Shown here: positions 54,095-64,000 of the stretch, piece by piece
How the letters are laid out: each line of letters opens with the position of its first letter
Numbering within the stretch: position 1 is the stretch's first letter
DNA from: Eledone cirrhosa
Taxonomy: Eukaryota
Reading direction: 5' to 3'
Assembly: GCA_964016885.1 (NCBI GenBank)
Contig: OZ024740.1
Span: 377,890,001-377,954,000, forward strand
DNA: 64,000 bases
Program-made: the position numbers and the translations under genes
Notes under the pieces: generated by a model
Database searches by the model: none
What the model was told of the DNA's origin: nothing
The model's input: the letters and a program-made list of their open reading frames with translations, nothing else

Positions 54095-56416
54095 TTATGT
54101 AATATTCGGCTTGTAGTGGGAAAAAAGGGTTTTAGTTCTGTGACGGCAGAATAATGTTCGTTCAATTCTGTTATTCAGCAGTTTCTTCTTGTGTGTGATT
54201 ATGTAATAAATCTCAAGATTACACAATTTGCAGAAATTTTGGCTCCTGGAAAAGCTTTGGGTTTTAGCTAATTTTTCCCATTTTAGGGTAAACTTTTGAT
54301 TGCTATCCCTGAGCGTCCAAGCTTTCTCTGCTAAAGTTGTTACATTTCTTTGGCTCTGGTGTTTTATTGAGTAAGAATGCCTATACAATCGAGATTTAAA
54401 CGATGTTGCCGTTGATCCCACGTAATACCACTCGTTGCCTCCGGATTTAATGGTACACTTATAAATAATATTTTTTTCCAGGCAGTTATTGCCGAGGGGG
54501 CAGTTGTCAGGATAGGTGCAGTTACAGTTGTGTACGTTGGGTTTTCTCTGGAGTAGTATTGCGGACGAACTTAGGTGTGGTTTATTTATGTTCTGTAGTG
54601 TATTGTCTACTGTTTTTTTGGGGTTCTTTGTACTTAAGTTCTTAGTGTTTTCGTTTAACCTTCTAGTATTGATCTTTTTTATGTGTTGTTCAAGGTTTAA
54701 CGCTGTAGAGTATGACAGTCTTATAGTGGTAGGGTTTAGGATTTTGTGGTATTTGTGTGATGTGGGAAAATGTCTTTTAATTATTTTAAAGAAGAGTACT
54801 GGTAAATTTGTACTAATGGAGCTATTGTATTCGGGGTTATACCATAAGTACTCTTTGCATCTCTTTCTATTAGTTTTGTTTGTTGGTTTACTGGTGTGCA
54901 TACTATGGTAGTAAGTGTGGTTTGGTGTTGTGTTATTATATCTACCTATGTGGGATTTATTTTGGGTGTTTTGATTGTTCCCATCTATGTACTCTATTTT
55001 GTTGAGGTAGCCTGCTTTACTAAGGGCGTTATCGTAGTACTCGGCGTGTTCCTTAAATACTTGTATGTTAGAAGATAGACCCGAGATTCTAAGGGAAATA
55101 TTTTTAGGGATAGATTTAATTATAGAGATGGGGTGGTTAGACCCAACATTTACGTATTTGAGATTTTCATTCAATTTATGAAACGGTTTAATCAAACCAG
55201 AGTTTAAATTGAGTGTGACATCCAGGAAGTTAACTACTTTAAGGTTGTATTCATATGTTATAGTTAGTCCTATTTCGAGTAGTAGTTTTCTTATATCTTT
55301 GCGTAGTTTTTCTAGTTTTTGGTTATTAAGGTTTTTAGCTAGGAGGAGAACATCGTCGCGGTATATTCCGCCGTGGAGATTGCTGAATTTTTCCTGGAGT
55401 CTAAAGGCGATAAATAACCCCACAATATCAGTTATTTCCGCCGAATCGTTAGAGCCCATTGTTATGTCAAAGTTAGAGGGTCTATCTTTACGTACCCAAT
55501 AACTGTTCTCAAATTTGACTATAGTTTTCCTAGCTTCTAATATAATCTTAATTTCATCGTTTGTAAGGTCGGAGTTATCCTTAGCAAACTTAATGGCTCT
55601 ATTCAAAGTTTCAGGTGATATCGATGAGTAATATTCATCGATATCAAACTGGATAAACTTAGATTTATTCTTATTGCTAATGCTATTAAACCATCTTATT
55701 GCTTCTTGGGTCTTCCCCCAGAGTTTAATGTTAACCTTAGCCTTAATTTGGGGGATGATTCTATCTAAGATATATTTGCTTATTTTACCTATATCTGATT
55801 TAGAGGGGCAGATTAATCTAATTTTAGGGTCATTATCAAAGTTTACCTTGTGGTCCTTAAGATTGAAAGTGGGTACCGCCGGTAAGAGTGGTCCTGTCCT
55901 ATCTTCGATTCCGAGATTTTTCACTATTTCGCATGCCTCATCATTGATGTGCTTAAGGGTTACTTCACTCGTTTTTCTATATTTTTTATGTAATTCTTTT
56001 CGAATGAAGTTGTTGTATGTAGTGCAATCCATAGTGTACAGGTTTGATGTTTTGTCCGCTTTTACTACAATTCCTTTGGTGTTTTTAAGGTCGTCCAGTA
56101 GTTTTTTTATATCTTTCTGTAATTTGCTGTTGGTGTTGCGTCCTTTGAATTTAATTTTAAGGATTAAGTTCATAAGGTCCTGCTCAAATGCATCTAATAG
56201 TGGGTTGGTGGGTGGGTTTTTACAAGTCCTAAAACCGAATTTTTTGTTTACACCACTTTCTAATGTTGAGTTCATACGGCTTCTATCATAGTGGAGCGTT
56301 TTCCACCTGACACGTCGAATGAATTCATTAGTTTTTTGAATCATGCTCAATAAATATTCCTTTCTACCTTGGGTTGGTATGTTTTTGAGTGACATATCCA
56401 GGTAGTGTTTTTCCAT
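54095..56416 (-). CDS. Penelope-like reverse transcriptase / GIY-YIG endonuclease, 773 aa (probably Naiad clade)
   Basis: KADKT, QFDIDEYYSSI, ITMGS, IYRDD, FLDVTL, NHP, CNC-x5-C-x5-C linker, IIYK...YVGST, C-terminal CKLC and CRH. Confidence 0.92.
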   Translation of the reverse strand: MEKHYLDMSLKNIPTQGRKEYLLSMIQKTNEFIRRVRWKTLHYDRSRMNSTLESGVNKKFGFRTCKNPPTNPLLDAFEQDLMNLILKIKFKGRNTNSKLQKDIKKLLDDLKNTKGIVVKADKTSNLYTMDCTTYNNFIRKELHKKYRKTSEVTLKHINDEACEIVKNLGIEDRTGPLLPAVPTFNLKDHKVNFDNDPKIRLICPSKSDIGKISKYILDRIIPQIKAKVNIKLWGKTQEAIRWFNSISNKNKSKFIQFDIDEYYSSISPETLNRAIKFAKDNSDLTNDEIKIILEARKTIVKFENSYWVRKDRPSNFDITMGSNDSAEITDIVGLFIAFRLQEKFSNLHGGIYRDDVLLLAKNLNNQKLEKLRKDIRKLLLEIGLTITYEYNLKVVNFLDVTLNLNSGLIKPFHKLNENLKYVNVGSNHPISIIKSIPKNISLRISGLSSNIQVFKEHAEYYDNALSKAGYLNKIEYIDGNNQNTQNKSHIGRYNNTTPNHTYYHSMHTSKPTNKTNRKRCKEYLWYNPEYNSSISTNLPVLFFKIIKRHFPTSHKYHKILNPTTIRLSYSTALNLEQHIKKINTRRLNENTKNLSTKNPKKTVDNTLQNINKPHLSSSAILLQRKPNVHNCNCTYPDNCPLGNNCLEKNIIYKCTIKSGGNEWYYVGSTATSFKSRLYRHSYSIKHQSQRNVTTLAEKAWTLRDSNQKFTLKWEKLAKTQSFSRSQNFCKLCNLEIYYIITHKKKLLNNRIERTLFCRHRTKTLFSHYKPNIT

Positions 56417-56620
56417 TGTTGTGGTTGCGTTTGCTGTGTGGGTTGCTCGACTTTACAGGAGGTAAATATACAGTTTTTTCCGTTGTGTTGTAATATAAAT
56501 ATTACACACAGTAGATTATCAGCTCACGTAGAGTTTGCTCGACGGTTCCAGTTGTAGTTCCAAAAGTAATCCGGAGAAAAATAGAAAGATTTGAATGGAT
56601 ACAGTTTAGTTGAAAGGAAT

Positions 56621-56737
56621 TTATTGACACGTGTTTCTATAACAGTTACATAACCTAAAACAGCTATCTACAAACTTTTAGTTATGCAGACATTCAATAT
56701 TTCAATGTTATTGTTTACTGTCATTTCATCAGAATAA
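56621..56737 (-). ncRNA. Hammerhead ribozyme motif, upstream pLTR copy
   Basis: Identical to 53041-53157 (offset 3580). Confidence 0.85.
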
Positions 56738-57324
56738 TATTACTGAGGACCTATTTAGTTTTTATAGAGAATATTAGGAGGAAGGGGTGAAGTTGTTAGA
56801 AGAATAGTTGAAGGAGTGGTTTTTCGATAGCAGTGAGAATTCTTGGTGGCAGTGATTAATTAGATTCCCATCTGTTGTTTTGACATTTTTTATAGAATAT
56901 ATTATTGGTTATTTTTCTAAATCTATAGAAGGATTAGAGATAGTAAAGATATGCGTGGTTGGTTTTGTGTTTGCACTTAACATTCAGACTTAAATTTTTC
57001 TTTCAAGTGTACGTATTCTTTCACCCACGCATTCACACACAAATATATTTGCACACCTCTACAAAATACATATACTCACAATTCACATATTCATACTTAC
57101 ATATATATACACATGCATACACATATATATACACACACATGTATTCATGTACATACATACGCGCTCATGTGTATACATTTTCATACTCAACTTATCTTAT
57201 ACACACGTATAGACACACACATATATACATACATACTCTAGTCCATGTGTACACACATACACATACATACACATCCATATACACATACATACATACACAT
57301 ATATATGTACATATATACATATAC

Positions 57325-57369
<45 letters not shown>

Positions 57370-57370
57370 C

Positions 57371-57419
<49 letters not shown>

Positions 57420-57688
57420 AACACTTTAATACATGAATACACTTACATCTAACTATACACATCAAACATATATATATATTTACTTATTTATATACATTTT
57501 CACATATATATACATACTTATGGACGTTTTTAGACACATTCATTATCGCATATTTGTACCTATTCTCATCAGCATATCTTTTCATTATTAGTATGGTAAT
57601 TTAAGGTTATTAATATATGTTGAAAAGAGATTGTTTTTATATTTTTCTAACTAGATTAAGGTTTATATAGTTGGGGGATGTCCCTCTT

Positions 57689-58718
57689 TTATGTAATATT
57701 CGGCTTGTAGTGGGAAAAAAGGGTTTTAGTTCTGTGACGGCAGAATAATGTTCGTTCAATTCTGTTATTCAGCAGTTTCTTCTTGTGTGTGATTATGTAA
57801 TAAATCTCAAGATTACACAATTTGCAGAAATTTTGGCTCCTGGAAAAGCTTTGGGTTTTAGCTAATTTTTCCCATTTTAGGGTAAACTTTTGATTGCTAT
57901 CCCTGAGCGTCCAAGCTTTCTCTGCTAAAGTTGTTACATTTCTTTGGCTCTGGTGTTTTATTGAGTAAGAATGCCTATACAATCGAGATTTAAACGATGT
58001 TGCCGTTGATCCCACGTAATACCACTCGTTGCCTCCGGATTTAATGGTACACTTATAAATAATATTTTTTTCCAGGCAGTTATTGCCGAGGGGGCAGTTG
58101 TCAGGATAGGTGCAGTTACAGTTGTGTACGTTGGGTTTTCTCTGGAGTAGTATTGCGGACGAACTTAGGTGTGGTTTATTTATGTTCTGTAGTGTATTGT
58201 CTACTGTTTTTTTGGGGTTCTTTGTACTTAAGTTCTTAGTGTTTTCGTTTAACCTTCTAGTATTGATCTTTTTTATGTGTTGTTCAAGGTTTAACGCTGT
58301 AGAGTATGACAGTCTTATAGTGGTAGGGTTTAGGATTTTGTGGTATTTGTGTGATGTGGGAAAATGTCTTTTAATTATTTTAAAGAAGAGTACTGGTAAA
58401 TTTGTACTAATGGAGCTATTGTATTCGGGGTTATACCATAAGTACTCTTTGCATCTCTTTCTATTAGTTTTGTTTGTTGGTTTACTGGTGTGCATACTAT
58501 GGTAGTAAGTGTGGTTTGGTGTTGTGTTATTATATCTACCTATGTGGGATTTATTTTGGGTGTTTTGATTGTTCCCATCTATGTACTCTATTTTGTTGAG
58601 GTAGCCTGCTTTACTAAGGGCGTTATCGTAGTACTCGGCGTGTTCCTTAAATACTTGTATGTTAGAAGATAGACCCGAGATTCTAAGGGAAATATTTTTA
58701 GGGATAGATTTAATTATA
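57689..58718 (-). pseudogene. Duplicated C-terminal part of the PLE ORF (thumb plus GIY-YIG)
   Basis: Protein identical to the last ~342 aa of 54095-56416; 5' end runs into microsatellite. Confidence 0.9.
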
Positions 58719-58723
58719 TATAT

Positions 58724-58780
<57 letters not shown>

Positions 58781-58785
<5 letters not shown>

Positions 58786-59095
58786 AAGTTAAATAAAAGT
58801 CAAATGATTAAAATTTAGCTTCGTTTATTACTGCTATATATATTTCAGTGACAGCCATCTTTGGCTGTGACCTCTTCAGGCAGTTTGAATTAGTATGGTA
58901 TAGACAAGTACATATGTTGTTTAGGTGTATGATATTGTCAATACTCTGATATGCCCAGTTCCTTGCTGGGTTGTTAATTCACTGGGGAACTGGAGTCATA
59001 TTTTACACTACTCCGGAGTAACCAAACCAACCTGCGCACTTCGTCGAGTGCTCCAGCCTGCATACTGAGGTGTTGGTATACAACCAACATAAACT

Positions 59096-59098
<3 letters not shown>
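58781..59098 (-). mobile_element. Short non-coding element H3 with a hammerhead ribozyme (solo pLTR or retrozyme-like)
   Basis: ~318-bp unique island between (TA)n tracts; HHR at 58830-58884. Confidence 0.65.
58830..58884 (-). ncRNA. Hammerhead ribozyme motif
   Basis: ACUGC-CUGAAGA-GGUCACAGCCA(AAGA)UGGCUGUCACU-GAAA-UAUAUA-UA-GCAGU. Confidence 0.8.
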
Positions 59099-59147
<49 letters not shown>

Positions 59148-59149
<2 letters not shown>

Positions 59150-59852
59150 GAAGGTGGCGACAACATGTAGACGATTCGCTGGCTGGATCTTGAGGACTTT
59201 CCTTACAAGAGATCGAGACACCATGTTGACACTGTGGAGGACTTTTGTCCTAAGCCGCCTGGACTACTGTTCCCAGCTGTGGTCACCCGATAGTGTCAAA
59301 CTAACCACGGAGCTTGAGGCAATCCATCGAAGCGACACCAAGAGGATTGCCAAGATGAGGGAGACAAGCTACTGGGAGAGGCTGAAGGAACTGAACCTCT
59401 ACTCCTTGGAGCGAAGACGGGAGAAATACGCAGTGATCTACATGTGGAAAATCCTGGAGGGACTAGCACCAAACTTTGGCATTGGGAGCTGGACCAACCG
59501 TCGAACAGGATGTCACTGTGTGGTGCCAAAGGTCCCGTCTTCCACATCTAGAATAAGGAGCAGGTATTGCAATAGCCTGGGATTCAAGGGCCCTCAACTC
59601 TTCAACAGGCTGCCGAGGCATCTGAGAGACTTGCATGACGTGGAGGAGGATGTCTTTAAGAAACATCTCGACACCTTGTTATCCAGGATCCCGGATGAGC
59701 CCACAGCAAGACACGAGGGAAACCTAAGGGCAGCAGCAACAAACTCCCTCCTACACCAGTGGCTAACCTATACAGGCTGGAGATAAAATGTGTAGCGGCA
59801 AGGGCGGTGCCCCAGCATGGCCTCAGCCGGATGGCTGAAACAGGTAAAAGAG

Positions 59853-59857
<5 letters not shown>
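59148..59857 (+). mobile_element. CR1-group LINE 3' fragment (same family as 47587-48828)
   Basis: [22 protein letters not shown]; stop at 59786; GGCTGAAACAGGTAAAAGAGTAAA tail. Confidence 0.9.
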
Positions 59858-61810
<1,953 letters not shown>

Positions 61811-62782
61811 GTTAAAAGAATAGAGGTGTAACACACAAGTTATTATATATTGGTAAACGGAATAGAAAATGCTGACAAATTGTTCACAGTTGAAAAATGG
61901 TTTAATTAGGAATAAAAGAGTATTAGTGATTGTATGGGTTAGTATTCAGTTGTGTTTTTAAGTTTTTACCGGTTGCGCATTTCTAAATGCTTTTCAAAAA
62001 TAATTTTGAGATAGAGCGTCCGCGCTGTTTGCTCTGATCTGATTAGTTTTGGGAATTCTACCTGTTTTTATGTTAAAAAAGTGGCTCCAATTTGCAAAAA
62101 TTCTTGTGGTCAAAACAATTTTGATTGGTCGGTAGAGGTCATGTGAATGTAAAAAATTGATTTTGCGCCAAGACTGTTTTTATGTTAAAAAAGTGGCTCC
62201 AGCAAAAATTCTTGTGGTCAAAACAATTTTGATTGGTCGGTAGAGGTCATGTGAATAAAAAACTGGTTTTGCGCCAAGATTGAGAAATGACGCTTTCACA
62301 ACAAATATGTGTGTGTGTGTGGGGGGGGGGGTGTAGTAGTAGTAAGGTGTTCGATTTTGTGATAATGGTTAGCAGCGATGTGTGTCAAATGGCTATTAAG
62401 ATAAGTGTGTGTGTGTGTGTATAGCAGAGTAATTCGTGGTGGCAGGGATGGTCAGTAAGAATGTGTCTGAAAGTAATGGGGGGTATTTTAGCATGTCAAA
62501 AGATATTTTTCAGGTTTTGTCTTATACGGAGAAGTGCGTGTGTGTGTGTGTGTATATATGTCTCTTTGTATGTTGATGTACGCGTGTGTATGTGTGTGTG
62601 TATATATGTGTGTGTGGGTGGACCAGTATTTTTTTCCCCCTGGTAAAATGGTGTACATTATTCGATTTTTTTTTTTTTTTTTTTTTTTTCAGTAAAATTG
62701 GTTCTCTTAATAGAACATCAAAAATCTTAACAAAAAAAGGTGTGAAATGATATTCACTATATATATATACACACACATATAT

Positions 62783-62824
<42 letters not shown>

Positions 62825-63365
62825 TACATATATATGCACATATATTTTTTTGTGTTGCACCATAGAGCATGTGTGTTTACGTATGTCATTGTGTTTATAT
62901 GTGGGTAGAGATGTGTGCTGATGTAGGTATGTATGTTGACGTGTGTATGTTGTGGGTTCGTCTTAGGGAGAAGTGTTTAGACGGGGTCCGTATTTGTTAA
63001 TGAAGTAAGATTCCTTGCTGATGCGCTGGGTGTGGGTGGCATTATCTTTAAATTTGTAGAGGGGAAAGATTCTGAAGTTGGGATGATTTTGGGCGGCACA
63101 GGTATCAATGTGTTCACTCAGTGGTATTTTCCTGTATTCCTGTATTTTGATTTGGGATCTATGGACAGTCATGCGTTGGCGGAGGCTGTTTTTGGTCTGG
63201 CCTATGTATTGTTCTCGACAACCTGAACAAGTTAATACATATATTAGATTTTCCGATGCACATGTGAAATTGTGTTTTACCATGAAACGTTGTCCATCTT
63301 TGAAATAGAATTCCGAACCCTCTATTAGGTTGATGCAAATGCCACAGTTGGGTCTATCGCATTTT
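61811..63365 (-). mobile_element. 3' part of a second PLE family (GIY-YIG plus long 3' UTR; Neptune-like)
   Basis: KCDRPNCGIC zinc knuckle, then NLIYVLTCSGCREQYIGQT...RMTVH...ESYFINKYGPRLN; stop at 62963; 3' extent inferred. Confidence 0.75.
62062..62279. repeat. ~110-bp tandem duplication
   Basis: CTGTTTTTATGTTAAAAAAGTGGCTCCA...TTTTGCGCCAAGA twice, diverged. Confidence 0.9.
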
Positions 63366-64000
63366 TATTCGTTGTTAATTCTAACCTTGCTGACTGTTTC
63401 TTTATACATGGCTTGTATAGCTCTCACAAGCCATTCGTCAACACCTAGTTTTCTAAGAGCCCATCAGATAATGGAACGGGGGACTCTGTCGAAGGCTTTC
63501 TCCAAGTCGACAAAAGCTAAGTATAGGGGTTTACTTTTAGCTAGGTACTTCTCCTGTAGTTGTCGTACAATGAAAAGAGCGTCTGTGGTACTTTTGCCTG
63601 ACACAAACCCGAACTGCATTTCATCTAGATCAATTCTCTCTCTGATTAGTTGCGCTATTACTTTTTCCGTGACCTTCATGACCTGGTCGATTAATTTAAT
63701 GCCTCTATAGTTACTCCTATCTAGGGCATCTCCTTTACCCTTATAACAGTTAATGATGATGCTGCTACGCCAGTCCTTCGGAACAACCCCATTCTGTACG
63801 ACTTGGTTGACTATCCGGGTGACCATGGTGTGTCCCACCGTACCAGATGCCTTCAGCATCTCGGCAACTATTTCCGAAGGCCCAGCCGCCTTACCCGTCT
63901 TCATATCTTTGATTGCCTTGCTTATTATACTACCCTCGACTAACACTGCTGGTCCCTCTATTGGGTCGATGTGGGGGGAGACTGTCTTTCTCCCATTTAT
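63366..64000 (-). mobile_element. RTE family A RT fragment, 3'-truncated, continuing past the window edge
   Basis: Near-identical to 40876-41481; TGG>TGA stop at 63464-63466. Confidence 0.92.

Noticed and set aside
61960-62045. GAAA-TGCGCA palindrome in the second PLE's 3' region as an HHR
   Set aside because: No UH triplet after the palindrome and no CUGANGA upstream

Overview
AT-rich metazoan genomic DNA with no host protein-coding gene I can support. The SINE, RTE and microsatellite content suggests a cephalopod such as an octopus (inference). The window has two compartments. (1) 1-37.5 kb is intron/intergenic-like DNA with decayed tRNA-derived SINEs, TTAA- and TA-type MITEs and old LINE 3' ends. 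(2) ~37.5-64 kb is a nest of young retroelements from three unrelated groups, almost all embedded on both sides in (TA)n microsatellite: RTE-clade LINEs with a PHD-type finger, CR1-group LINEs, and Penelope-like elements (PLEs). One PLE has an intact 773-aa RT+GIY-YIG ORF in partial-tandem form. The most notable signal is a set of hammerhead ribozyme (HHR) motifs that fold by eye. They lie in the PLE pLTRs and in four sequence-unrelated short non-coding elements, three of which are fold-back palindromes or carry inverted repeats. One element is a ~390-bp perfect hairpin present twice in opposite orientation, with an HHR on each strand. The many IY/YI-repeat ORFs in the track are microsatellite artefacts.
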